From Myxococcota bacterium (GTDB lineage: Bacteria > Myxococcota_A > UBA796 > UBA9615 > JAKLKC01), in assembly GCA_023150875.1 (NCBI GenBank), contig JAKLKC010000038.1, positions 2,408-66,407 of the forward strand: a stretch of 64,000 bases of DNA, written 5' to 3'. The translations under genes were made by a program, and so were the position numbers. Of the stretch, positions 1-9,185 are shown piece after piece (positions within the stretch are counted from its first letter, which is position 1; every line of letters begins with the position of its first letter). The notes under the pieces are model-generated. The model saw only the letters and a program-made list of their open reading frames with translations. It was not told the DNA's origin and made no database searches.

Positions 1-944
1 CTCTTCTGTGCATTGGCCAGGATCTCCCCATTCTTGATGCCGCGGAGAACTGCGTCGGCCAGCCCCTCGACCTTCCGTCGGCGCTTCCGCGACGCCTGCT
101 CAATCTTGGCCTCGACCGTCTGTCTGTACGCCTCCGGCACCCACCAGCCATAGCATGTCTGGATCGCCTCGGGACGGAGGAGAAGCCGGCCTCGCTCACC
201 GGCCGACTCTAGCCCTTCGAGTCCTGCGACCGGATCGTAGGTAAGACCAGCCAGGCGAGGCCGCATGCCCTCGATCTTCACTGCAGACCTGGTGAGCACA
301 GCACGGGTCCGCCTCGGGAGTCGCAGGTCGAATCGGAACTGCGCAATGGTATTTGGCTTGAAGTACAGGGTCCCGTCGCGCAGGAACTCCGCGACTGAAC
401 GCGCAGCGCGCTCGGTGCGGTCTGTAAGCTCCTTCCCATGCTTCTCAAGCACCGACAGGTACTCAGACACCGAGGTGGGAAGGGAGCCCCCGGTAATCTG
501 CAGCATCAGCTCCTCGTTGTGCGCGTAAGCCGCCGTCGTCGCATTTGCCGAGCCCACCAGAGCCGTGTGGGCCTTTCCTCGCTCAAACACGAGGAGCTTC
601 GAGTGAAACAGCCCGGTTCGCCGAATCACACGGATCTGGGCGTCCAGGAAGCCCGGCTTCATGCTGGTCCATCGCCGCTCCAGTGCTCGCAGAACCTCCG
701 CGTCCTGATCGCGGCGCTGACCCGAAAAGGCATTCAGATACACGCGCAATTGCACGCGCGCTCTCCGCTCCTTCGGGACGGCCTTCGCGATGCTGTGGAG
801 GAAGTCGGCGTCGTAGAAGGCGGACACGACCGTGATCCGCTGGGCCGACGAGGCGAGGTTCAAGACGGCCTCGGTGGACAACCGTCCGAGCGCGGTCGTG
901 TTGCGCGCGAATGACGTTGAAAGCCAGGAGAACGTTTCAGTCAT
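1..944 (-). CDS. PLD/HKD-family (nuclease-like) protein, partial: 3' end runs off the window
   Basis: Manually translated open frame from ATG at 944, with GGAGG RBS upstream: MTETFSWLSTSF...ITVVSAFYD...LFHSKLLVFERGKAHTALVGSANATTAAYAHNEE. Shows HxK and GSxN of a single PLD motif. No stop before position 1, so it is missing from the ORF track. Many A/T-ending codons. Confidence 0.8.
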   Translation of the reverse strand, partial: MTETFSWLSTSFARNTTALGRLSTEAVLNLASSAQRITVVSAFYDADFLHSIAKAVPKERRARVQLRVYLNAFSGQRRDQDAEVLRALERRWTSMKPGFLDAQIRVIRRTGLFHSKLLVFERGKAHTALVGSANATTAAYAHNEELMLQITGGSLPTSVSEYLSVLEKHGKELTDRTERAARSVAEFLRDGTLYFKPNTIAQFRFDLRLPRRTRAVLTRSAVKIEGMRPRLAGLTYDPVAGLEGLESAGERGRLLLRPEAIQTCYGWWVPEAYRQTVEAKIEQASRKRRRKVEGLADAVLRGIKNGEILANAQK

Positions 945-1100
945 CGATAGAGCCTCCAGGGCCAGACTGCGGCGCGGGCGTAGTTCGTGCCTACCTTAGG
1001 GCACCCAGAACCACAACCACATACGGACGGAACATGGTCGAGCCCTGGGGATCCCGCGTCCTATGAGCCCAACGGGCCGCGGATGCTCCATCTGCGGCCC

Positions 1101-1130
1101 GATGGCACGGCGCGAAGCGTCCGTGCCATC
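1101..1130. repeat. inverted repeat/hairpin GATGGCACGG-N10-CCGTGCCATC
   Basis: Perfect 10-bp arms seen between intI and the PLD gene. Confidence 0.7.
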
Positions 1131-1271
1131 AGTGTGTAGACGGATCCGCGTAACTCCCCGATCCGCCGCAGTTGTCCGCATATGGGGCTGCCGCATCCTC
1201 GCGGCTCCCATGCACCACCGGAGGATTCCGGCGTGGCGTCGGAGCGATGCGGATCCGCATGAGCCCCAGCT

Positions 1272-1778
1272 TCACAGGTGGTCCATGGGGCTGCGCACGC
1301 CTCGTGGGCCCCGGTTGAGAACGTGGGTGTAGATCATCGTCGTGCGGACGTCCGGGTGCCCCAGCGGCTCCTGGACCGTCCGTATGTCGTAGCCGTCCTC
1401 CAGCAAGTGGGTGGCGAAGGAGTGGCGGAACGAGTGGCAGGTCTCTCGCTTGGTGAGGCCGGCGGCCGCCACGGCGTTGCGGACGGCCCGCGGGACCAGG
1501 AAGGGGTCCAGGTGGTGCCGGCCCTGCAGCCCCTTCTGCGGGTTGTACCTGCGGTGCTCGATCTCTGCCGGATACCGGCGGTCGGAATGCCACGCGGAGC
1601 GGGGGACCCGATGCCGGTAGGCGCTCTCCCTCCGAGGGCTATGCTGCCGTGCCCGGAGCGCATCCACGATCACGTCCAGGAGCTTGCGCTTCGGGCCCGA
1701 GGGAACTCCTCCTGCGCCCCCAGCACGGAGCGGGTCAGGGCGTTCACTTGATTCGGAACCCGGGTCGAGAGCAGCCAT
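1272..1778 (-). pseudogene. intI: integron integrase IntI with large internal in-frame deletion
   Basis: The N-terminal [23 protein letters not shown]...YPAEI joins directly to the IntI-specific patch and C-terminus GRHHLD...[51 protein letters not shown]. The central region with the box I Arg is missing. Confidence 0.85.
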
Positions 1779-2014
1779 GGCGCAGGGGACCACCGGGGCG
1801 CGAACGCAGCTCACCAGGAACCGCCGCGCTCCACACATGGCGTGGACGCTAGATCGCGTCCCTCCCGGTGTCAACAGGTTCAGGTCGCCCGCTCGTTCAA
1901 ATTACTGAGATTGCCCCGAGGTCCCCACCATCACCCCCATCCCCAGCGCCCCCCGCCGTTCCCCCACGCCATCCGCGCACACTGCGGGCCACCCACCATG
2001 CCCCCCCACCCACC

Positions 2015-3940
2015 TCACGGCACGATCAGCCGGATCGCCCGGGCCAGCACCTCGATCTCTACCCGCGGCGTTGCCCGGAACTCCTCGCCGTCGATCTGCG
2101 CCGCCAGTGCTACTCCCCCTTCCGGCACCCGGAAGGTCATGGAACAGCGGGAGATCCGGAAGGGGCGGGAGTGGGAGATCCCGATGGTGTTCAGGACTTC
2201 CTCGGTCAGGGGGTTGCCCTCCAGGTCGACGATGGCCTTCGAGGTCCAGTCCCTCTTGCCCCGGAACGGCACCACCTCGAAGAGGCCGTCGTCGTGGCGG
2301 GAGGTGCGGTCCAGCACCCAGGCCCCCGCGTAGACTCGGGTGCCCTTCACCACCAGGTCCGTCAGGCCCGTCAGCTCCACCCGCTCGCCCCCCGACTCCA
2401 CCACCGCGTCGAACTTGTCCGCCACCAGGTAGGACTCCAGGAAGGTCCGGAGGAACGCCCCGGCGTACACCAGCTTGTCCCGATACACCGCCCGCAGCAC
2501 CGGGACCTGCTCCACCGTGCGCCGGTCCTGGTTGCGCGCCGCAAGGGTGCGGGCGCTGATGCCCCAGCCCGCGGAGTCGAAGAACCAGGTGTCGTCCAGC
2601 ACCCTCCCCTCCGCGTCGGAGGTCACGATGTGGCCGGCGTCCAAACGGGTCTCGCGGCCCGCCCGCACCACCGACAGGTTGTCCTCCAGGGCGTCCTCCA
2701 CGCTGTCCAGGCCGAAGCTGCGCCCCTGGTCGTTGGCCGTGCCCGTCGGCAGCATGCCCAGGGCCACGTCCTCGCGCCGGGCCGACAGGACCAGGCCCGC
2801 CGCCACCTCCCGGAACGTCCCGTCACCCCCCATGGCGATCACCACCCGGTGATCCCCCGCATCCAGGGCCTCCCGCACCGCGCCCACCGTGGCGCCCCCG
2901 GGAAGGGTGGGCAGGAAATCGCAGCCGATCCCCGCCCCGGCGAGCCAGCCCCTCACCCGGTCGATCCGGGCGGCGTTTCGGCCCGTCTGGGCGGTGGGGT
3001 TGGCCACCAACAGGTGGGTGGAGGTCCCGCCCCCGAGGCCCAAGAGGGGAGGCGGGAGCGTCAGGGTCAGCCCCTCGAAGGCGGCGTCCACCGGCAGGTC
3101 CCCCGCCAGCGCCCGGGCCCTCGCCACCTCGCGGTCCACCGCGGCGTCGTCCCGGTCCGGGGCGTGGTGGAAGAGGAAGAGGCGCCTCGCCCCCGCGAGG
3201 CGGCACAGGGCGACGGCGTCGTCCGGGGTCCCGTGGCCCCAGTCCGGGTGCAGGGCCAGCTCCTCCGGGGTGAACATGGTGTCGAAGGCGACGGCGTCGG
3301 CACCCCGCAGGAGCGCCTCCAGCTCCGCCCCCAGGCGGGCCCGGGCCGCGGCCTCGTCCTCGCCTTCGCGCCGGAGCGCCCCGGGGACCAGCAGGCGCGG
3401 CTCGAACGGTGCGGTGTCCGTCGCGTACACGAACGAGGCCCCGTCGGCCTCCACGCGGTAGGCCAGCGCCGCCCCCGGGTGGTTCAGGCGCGCCGCCCGC
3501 ACCCGGACGCCCTCCCCCAGCTCCACCACGTCCCCGGGATCGACCTCGTGGAACTCGAAGGCGGCGGGGAGGCCCGACAGGGGCACGGGGAAGAGGGGCT
3601 CCGCCAGGGCTCCCCGGAGGACCTCCTCCAGGGGATGGCCCGGCCACCTGGGGCCGTGGACGCGGATCCGGCACCCCGGGTCGTAGGCCGGGCGGAAGAA
3701 GGGGAGGCCCTGCACGTGGTCCCAGTGGGTGTGGGAGAGGAAGAGCCAGACGTCCCGGGGCGGATCGGGGTCGCCGGGGCGGCCTGCCCCCACCGCGCGC
3801 ACGCCCGTGCCCGCGTCCAGGACCACCCGGTGCCCCGCGCCGGTGCGGACCTCGACGCAGGAGGTGTTGCCCCCGTACCGCGCCGTGCCGCCACCGGGCA
3901 CAGCCACCGAGCCCCGCACTCCGTGGAAGGTGACCTGCAT
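2015..3940 (-). CDS. fusion: MBL-fold metallo-hydrolase + diacylglycerol/lipid kinase (YegS/DgkB-like)
   Basis: N-terminal GVRGS...YGGNTSCV...SHTHWDH (MBL HxHxDH). C-terminal ANPTA...GGDGT...LPTGTAND...QIDGE (DAGK family). Single frame, 641 aa from MQVTF. Confidence 0.85.
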   Translation of the reverse strand: MQVTFHGVRGSVAVPGGGTARYGGNTSCVEVRTGAGHRVVLDAGTGVRAVGAGRPGDPDPPRDVWLFLSHTHWDHVQGLPFFRPAYDPGCRIRVHGPRWPGHPLEEVLRGALAEPLFPVPLSGLPAAFEFHEVDPGDVVELGEGVRVRAARLNHPGAALAYRVEADGASFVYATDTAPFEPRLLVPGALRREGEDEAAARARLGAELEALLRGADAVAFDTMFTPEELALHPDWGHGTPDDAVALCRLAGARRLFLFHHAPDRDDAAVDREVARARALAGDLPVDAAFEGLTLTLPPPLLGLGGGTSTHLLVANPTAQTGRNAARIDRVRGWLAGAGIGCDFLPTLPGGATVGAVREALDAGDHRVVIAMGGDGTFREVAAGLVLSARREDVALGMLPTGTANDQGRSFGLDSVEDALEDNLSVVRAGRETRLDAGHIVTSDAEGRVLDDTWFFDSAGWGISARTLAARNQDRRTVEQVPVLRAVYRDKLVYAGAFLRTFLESYLVADKFDAVVESGGERVELTGLTDLVVKGTRVYAGAWVLDRTSRHDDGLFEVVPFRGKRDWTSKAIVDLEGNPLTEEVLNTIGISHSRPFRISRCSMTFRVPEGGVALAAQIDGEEFRATPRVEIEVLARAIRLIVP

Positions 3941-4060
3941 CTCGTCCCCCCGGATCCGGCGCTCCGGTCGCCGATCCAGGGTATGCGTTCGGAGCGTCCT
4001 CAGGAAGGGGCCTTCGCGTCCGATCCTGTCTCTCCACGGCCCACCGGGACGACCCGGTCC

Positions 4061-4089
4061 TCGACCGCGGGGGGGGGGCGTGCTATCGT
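4061..4089 (+). promoter_or_regulatory. putative sigma70 promoter TCGACC-N17-TATCGT (extended -10 TG) with G10 tract in spacer
   Basis: Hexamers, 17-bp spacer and G10 run (4069-4078) read directly, upstream of the oxidoreductase. Confidence 0.4.
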
Positions 4090-4139
4090 CCCGCGCCGCC
4101 CCGCCAGGCCCCCGGGACGCGCCCCCAGGAGTACTCGCC

Positions 4140-5501
4140 TTGGCACCGACCGAAAGCCACGATCTCGTCGTCGTCGGGGCCGGCCTCGCCGGCTCCCTGC
4201 TGGCCGCCCGGGTCGCCGCCCGGGGGATGAAGGTGCTGCTGCTGGAGGCCGCCGACGCCGATCCCGAGGGGGACGGCATGCCCGAATGGGCGAACCTGGC
4301 GGACTTCGCGGCTGCCGGGCTCCCCGAGCCAGGCGGCGACGGGGTGCGGTCCCAGGACCTGCCCATCGCCTTCGTGGGGGACACCCCCGACGCCTTCGTC
4401 TCCTGCCGCCGGGCCCGCCTCGCCCAGGTCCTTTACGCCCCCCTGGTGCGCCGCCTGCGGGCCGAGGCCCGGGCCGCGGGCGCCGAGCTGCGGATGGACT
4501 CGAAGGTCTCCAAGACCGTCGACGAGCAGGGCCGGGTCGTGGGCGTCGAGGTGCGGAAGGCCGGCGAGGCGCGGGCGCGGCTGGTGGCGGACTGCAGCGG
4601 CTTCGACGCCGTGCTGAGGCGGCGCCTGTACGGGTGCGGCCTGAAGCCCATGAGCGGCAAGCTGCGCCCCGAGGACCAGCTCAGCGAACGCCACCTGCTG
4701 TTCCGCTGGGAGCGCCCGTCGGGGGGAGCCTCGCCGGTGAACGTCGCCTTCGGCGCCGCCGGTCCGGGGAGCCACGTCGCCTGGCAGACCGACGGCCAGA
4801 GGCGCGAGGTGCTGGCCGTGCTCGCCGGGCCCCTGGACGACATGGAGGCCCTGGCGCGGGCCGAGGCCGCGCTCCGGGCCCGGGTGGACGGCGTGGGGGA
4901 GGTGCTGGCCCGGTGGGACGGGGTCGTCGGCCACCGGCGCCCCCTGGACAGCCTGGTCACCGACGGGATGCTGGCGGCGGGCGACTCCGCCTGCCAGGGC
5001 CACCCCATCCTCGGCTGGAGCATCGGCGGGGCCCTGCGGGGGGGCGCCGCCGCGGCGGAGACCGCCATCCGCGCCCTCGAGACCGGGCGCACCCTCAAGG
5101 CGGACCTCTGGGACTACAACGCGAGGTGGCAGCGGAGCCACGGAGCCATGGCGGCGGCCCGTCACATGGACCGGATCTTCCTGGCGGGCTGCTCCCAGGG
5201 CGACCTGTCGGCCCTGATCGCCGCGGGGGCGATCTCGTCGGGGGCCACCACGTCGGGCAACCTCATCGCCCCCCGGAAGACCGTGAAGGTGCTCCCCCGC
5301 CTCGCGGGTCACCGCGCCCTGCTGGTCCGCTACGCCACCGGCGCCGGGCTGCCCGCGGCGGCCCGGTCCCTCTACCGGTTCTTCCCCGCCGACCAGGACC
5401 ACTTCTCCTACGACCGCTGGCAGGAGCGGGTCATCGACCTGAACCACTGGGCGGAGGAGAAGCTGGCAAGGAGCTACTTCCAGGCCGACGACGGGTTCTG
5501 A
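4140..5501 (+). CDS. FAD-dependent oxidoreductase (geranylgeranyl reductase-like)
   Basis: DLVVVGAGLAG Rossmann motif, VADCSG, and AAGDSACQGHP. TTG start after AGGAG is inferred. Confidence 0.75.
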   Translation: MAPTESHDLVVVGAGLAGSLLAARVAARGMKVLLLEAADADPEGDGMPEWANLADFAAAGLPEPGGDGVRSQDLPIAFVGDTPDAFVSCRRARLAQVLYAPLVRRLRAEARAAGAELRMDSKVSKTVDEQGRVVGVEVRKAGEARARLVADCSGFDAVLRRRLYGCGLKPMSGKLRPEDQLSERHLLFRWERPSGGASPVNVAFGAAGPGSHVAWQTDGQRREVLAVLAGPLDDMEALARAEAALRARVDGVGEVLARWDGVVGHRRPLDSLVTDGMLAAGDSACQGHPILGWSIGGALRGGAAAAETAIRALETGRTLKADLWDYNARWQRSHGAMAAARHMDRIFLAGCSQGDLSALIAAGAISSGATTSGNLIAPRKTVKVLPRLAGHRALLVRYATGAGLPAAARSLYRFFPADQDHFSYDRWQERVIDLNHWAEEKLARSYFQADDGF

Positions 5502-5651
5502 TCCGCCCGGACCCCCCTCCCCGCCTCTCCCATTCCCGCCCCCGCGCCCGCCGCCCCGTCTCCCTGGCACGCTTGTTGTTGCCGGCGGGAGAGGCCCGCC
5601 GCCGCCGGACGATCCCCGTCCCGCGTGCGGCCGACCGAAGACGGAGAGGCC

Positions 5652-7148
5652 ATGCGATCTCGCTTCATCCCCATCGGGGCCGGCGCCATGACGCTCCTCG
5701 CCCCCCTCCTCCTGGCCGCCACCGCCCACGCCCGGGCGGAGCTGGTCCAGGCTCCCCCCATCGCGGTGGACCTGGAGGTGCTGGACGCCAAGGGGAACCC
5801 GGAGACGGTGTGGTCCGGGGCGACCCACGTGACCGCCTCGGGCACGATGATGATCACCGACCGCCAGGCGACGAGGATGCCCGAGGTCAGCGACGACGAC
5901 CTCGTCGCCACGTTCTACACGCCGGACGGGCGGCTGCTGGGCAAGGCGCTGATCCCCGCGGGCACCGACTACGCCGGCAACATCCACGTGCCTCCCCTGT
6001 CGGACGAGACCACCCTGGAGGCCCTGGTCTACGAGGAGATCGGCAAGGCGATGGGCGCGGTGTCCCCCGGGGAGACCCAGGCGCTGATCGTGCTGGTCGA
6101 CCCCGACGTCACCTCCGCCGTCGCCTCCCAGTCGGACCCGCTGGAGCACGTCGCCTCCCTGGCGGAGGTGGTCCACGTGGCGGCGCGGGCGGTGGAGGAG
6201 TCCCTGGCCCTCGGGGACGCGGGGGCCACGCCCGAGGCCGTCGCCACCGCCGTCCGGAACGTGATCCGCCAGCGGATCCAGGCGACCCGGGCCGACGAGA
6301 AGGTCGCCGGGCTCAGCACCCTCGGGGATCCCTTCGGCACGGGGGACGCCCGGGAGGGGCTGATGGAGGACGTGTTCGTCTCCGTGGTGAACAGCGCCGA
6401 GAAGGCCCTGGCGCTGACCCGGGCGGCGGCGGCCATGACGGCGGCGGCCTCCATCGCGGGTCCCGCCCTGGCGGAGCCGGCGATCTCGGCGGCCGTGGTC
6501 CGGAGCGCCGCGTCGGTCGCGGTGCAGATGTCGGCCCTTTCCGCCGCCCGTTTCCTGGGCACCGCCAGCCACTCCATGGCGCTGGTGGCCGAGGTCGAGG
6601 AGGTCTCCGACGAGGCCCGGGCCCGGCTCGCCGAGGCCCGGGACCTGGACGAGGTGCAGTCGGTGCTGGACCGGTACGCCGCCACCCTGGCGGGGACCGG
6701 CGAGGGGGAGGACGACGTCGGCGCGCTGCTCCCCGCCTGGCTGGTCTCGGTGCGGGGGGAAGAGGTCCTGGAGCCCTACGGACGGACGGTGACCGACGTC
6801 TGGGACCTGCGCATGGGGGTGGTGGCCGACCTGTCGATGGCCGGGGAGATCGCGGGCGGAGCCCCCGGGGAGACGGCCGACGGCGCTCCGGAGCTGATCC
6901 CGGAGGCCGGGGCGTCTCGGGAAGGCGAGGACGTCCAGGCTCCTGCCGAGGAGATCGCCGGCACGGTGGCGAGCCGCCTCTCGGACTTCGCCGCGGACGT
7001 GGACCAGGCGGTCCAGGACACCCTCGGCGGCGCCATCGGGACCGACGGCACCGCCCTCGGGCCCAACGCGTTCTACACCACCCAGCGCTTCCTCGCGGCC
7101 GCCATGCTCCCCGTGGTCGTCCCCCCGGAGGGCGGCGGGTCCCAGTGA
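5652..7148 (+). CDS. hypothetical exported protein
   Basis: Signal peptide (LLAPLLLAATAHA), typical GC3 bias, acidic and Ala-rich helical body. No family recognised. Confidence 0.7.
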   Translation: MRSRFIPIGAGAMTLLAPLLLAATAHARAELVQAPPIAVDLEVLDAKGNPETVWSGATHVTASGTMMITDRQATRMPEVSDDDLVATFYTPDGRLLGKALIPAGTDYAGNIHVPPLSDETTLEALVYEEIGKAMGAVSPGETQALIVLVDPDVTSAVASQSDPLEHVASLAEVVHVAARAVEESLALGDAGATPEAVATAVRNVIRQRIQATRADEKVAGLSTLGDPFGTGDAREGLMEDVFVSVVNSAEKALALTRAAAAMTAAASIAGPALAEPAISAAVVRSAASVAVQMSALSAARFLGTASHSMALVAEVEEVSDEARARLAEARDLDEVQSVLDRYAATLAGTGEGEDDVGALLPAWLVSVRGEEVLEPYGRTVTDVWDLRMGVVADLSMAGEIAGGAPGETADGAPELIPEAGASREGEDVQAPAEEIAGTVASRLSDFAADVDQAVQDTLGGAIGTDGTALGPNAFYTTQRFLAAAMLPVVVPPEGGGSQ

Positions 7149-7240
7149 ACCGCGGGAGGGGCCCTACCCCTTGATCCCGCGGACCCGGGCCGGCCCTCCC
7201 CCCGGTGGGAGGGAGGGCCGCCCTCGCCCCTTCCTCCGCG

Positions 7241-7279
7241 CCGACACACCCCGGGGGACCATTCCCCCGGGGGCGTCGG
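7241..7279. terminator. GC-rich hairpin between convergent genes
   Basis: CCGAC..CCCCGGGGGA-CCAT-TCCCCCGGGG..GTCGG. No U-tract, so the terminator function is uncertain. Confidence 0.4.
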
Positions 7280-7334
7280 TGCAGAGGAGGGCGGAGGGTC
7301 CCCGGGCTCCCCCCTTGCGGGGGAGCGCCCGTTC

Positions 7335-8108
7335 CTACCCGAGCCACTCGCTCGGGCAGAAGTCCTCGGTGTCGCCGCCGTCGATCGACACCGTGTAGCA
7401 CTCGGAGCACTCCCCGTCCGGGAAGTCGGTCCGGACGGTGGTGCGGTCCTCCCAGCCAGCGGAGAGGCTGCCGGCGGAGATCCCGGCGCAGCCCTCCCGG
7501 AGCTCCAGGCCGCTGCCGGAGAAGGTCCAGGCCAGGCCCGCGGCGCTCCCCAGGACCCCTTCGGCGTCGACCCGCAGCCCGCCTTCCTCCAGGTCCGCCC
7601 ACGCCCCGTCGGCCTCGATGTCGGCGCCCATCCCGTCGTAGTGGGTGGAGAAGTCCAGGAGCACACGCCCGGCGCTCCCCTCGTCCACCAGCTCGAGGGC
7701 GCCAGCGACGCTCACCCCCTCCTCCACGTAGTCCTCGTACTCCAGGCGCACGCTGCCCCCCGCGACGGTGGTCTCCACCGTGGCGTGGACGTAGCCCTTG
7801 CGCCCCTCGCAGGAGTAGTGGTTGAAGGTGAAGCGCTGGACCGTGGGCGACACCTGCTCCATCTCGGGGATCACGCAGCCCTCCCCCGAGACGTCGGGCC
7901 AGTGGGCGGCGATGGCCGCGGTGCGGCCCTGGTAGTCCCGGAGCTGCACCAGGGCCATCGCCACCCCTGCGCCCACCTCGGCGGGCACGAAGCGGGCCTC
8001 CATGAGCGAGGTCTGGCGGAGGACCTCGTCCCTCAGCGCGTCGCAGCTCGGCCCGGCAAGGAGGAGGGGAGCCAGGGCGAGGGGGGCGAACGGGCGGAGG
8101 TGCGGCAT
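7335..8108 (-). CDS. hypothetical lipoprotein
   Basis: MPHLRPFAPLALAPLLLAGPSC, lipobox-like. Beta-rich body with several Cys. Confidence 0.7.
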   Translation of the reverse strand: MPHLRPFAPLALAPLLLAGPSCDALRDEVLRQTSLMEARFVPAEVGAGVAMALVQLRDYQGRTAAIAAHWPDVSGEGCVIPEMEQVSPTVQRFTFNHYSCEGRKGYVHATVETTVAGGSVRLEYEDYVEEGVSVAGALELVDEGSAGRVLLDFSTHYDGMGADIEADGAWADLEEGGLRVDAEGVLGSAAGLAWTFSGSGLELREGCAGISAGSLSAGWEDRTTVRTDFPDGECSECYTVSIDGGDTEDFCPSEWLG

Positions 8109-8386
8109 GGGGCTCCTTCGCCGCCGCGGGGGCGGCCGAGGTCGGTTTCCGGACGACACCGGCTCCTCCGCCGGGCCCGGCCGTGGCGGCGCCGGGCCCT
8201 CTCCCTCGCAACGCTACTCATCGGCTCCGGGGGGGAGGACTTGAGGGTGGGGCGGGAGAGGGGACCGGTCGGGCAAGGGCTCGGCCTGGGGCACGGACGC
8301 CGGCACGGGCATGGAACGCCACTTCCAAGAGGAGGACCGGAGGTCGTACAATGCGCGCTCGATCTTCCGAACGAGGAGTCCCCCCG

Positions 8387-9157
8387 ATGCGAACCGCCGC
8401 CCTCGCCCTCGCCCTCCTTCTCGCCGCCCCCGCCCTCGCCCCGGCGGAAGCCGAGGCCGCCAAGTTCTCGAAGGCGGAGAAGAAGGCGTTCGAGGATGAG
8501 GTGAAGGCCGCGTTCCCGGGGAAGGTGTGGGCCCTCAAGGACCTGCCCATCAAGTCCGGCATGGCGATGATGGTCCCCTTCGTGGCCCCCATCGCCGAGG
8601 TCACTCCCCAGGGGACGACCATCGACACCACCGGGGTCGCCACCGCCGGCTTCGGCGCCGCCGCGACGGTCTGGTACGGGGTGCGCCCCTACGACACCAT
8701 CGAGCTGGAGGAGGTGGACTTCGGCGACGACGAGGTCACCCTCGTGTTCCACGGCGTCGGCGACAGCGACGGCCGCGACACCGAGATCGCCATCCGCGGG
8801 TTCCGCGCCTTCGCCCCGGTCCGCGCCGCCGTCGAGGAGCTCGTCACCTCCGTCGATCCCGTGGCGGCGAACCCCGACTGGCCCGAGGAGATCGCCAAGG
8901 CCATCGCCCGCCGGGTGCTGGTCAACGGGATGAACAAGCGCCAGGCCTACCTCGTGGTCGGCGAGCCCCTCGGGGCCACCGTGCAGGACGTGGACGGCAA
9001 GAAGGTGGAGATCTGGAGGCCCCGCCAGTCCGACGGCGTGAAGATCGGGTACGCCGCAGCGGTCCGGGCCACCGGCTACCCGTTGGAGATCCGCTTCGAA
9101 GACGGGAAGCTGGTGAACATGGGGACGTCGTCCACCGGGGGCGTCTCGCTGGACTGA
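8387..9157 (+). CDS. hypothetical exported protein with SmpA/BamE-like C-terminal motif
   Basis: Signal peptide MRTAALALALLLAAPALAPAEAEA. GMNKRQAYLVVGEP resembles GMxxxQVxxxLGxP. Confidence 0.7.
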   Translation: MRTAALALALLLAAPALAPAEAEAAKFSKAEKKAFEDEVKAAFPGKVWALKDLPIKSGMAMMVPFVAPIAEVTPQGTTIDTTGVATAGFGAAATVWYGVRPYDTIELEEVDFGDDEVTLVFHGVGDSDGRDTEIAIRGFRAFAPVRAAVEELVTSVDPVAANPDWPEEIAKAIARRVLVNGMNKRQAYLVVGEPLGATVQDVDGKKVEIWRPRQSDGVKIGYAAAVRATGYPLEIRFEDGKLVNMGTSSTGGVSLD

Positions 9158-9185
9158 ACGCGGTCTCCGTCTCCGTGGTCCCGAC

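Noticed and set aside
265-914. Plus-strand ORFs listed at the left end
   Set aside because: They are antisense to the minus-strand PLD-motif gene, which has an RBS and catalytic motifs.
1868-7174. 1768-aa plus-strand ORF, and similar giant ORFs (17547-21632, 23912-27979, 38026-42123, 44656-48369)
   Set aside because: Arg/Gly/Pro-rich shadow or off-frame ORFs caused by stop-codon scarcity at very high GC. They overlap motif-bearing genes. In 17547-21632 only the terminal part (17547-18485) is real.
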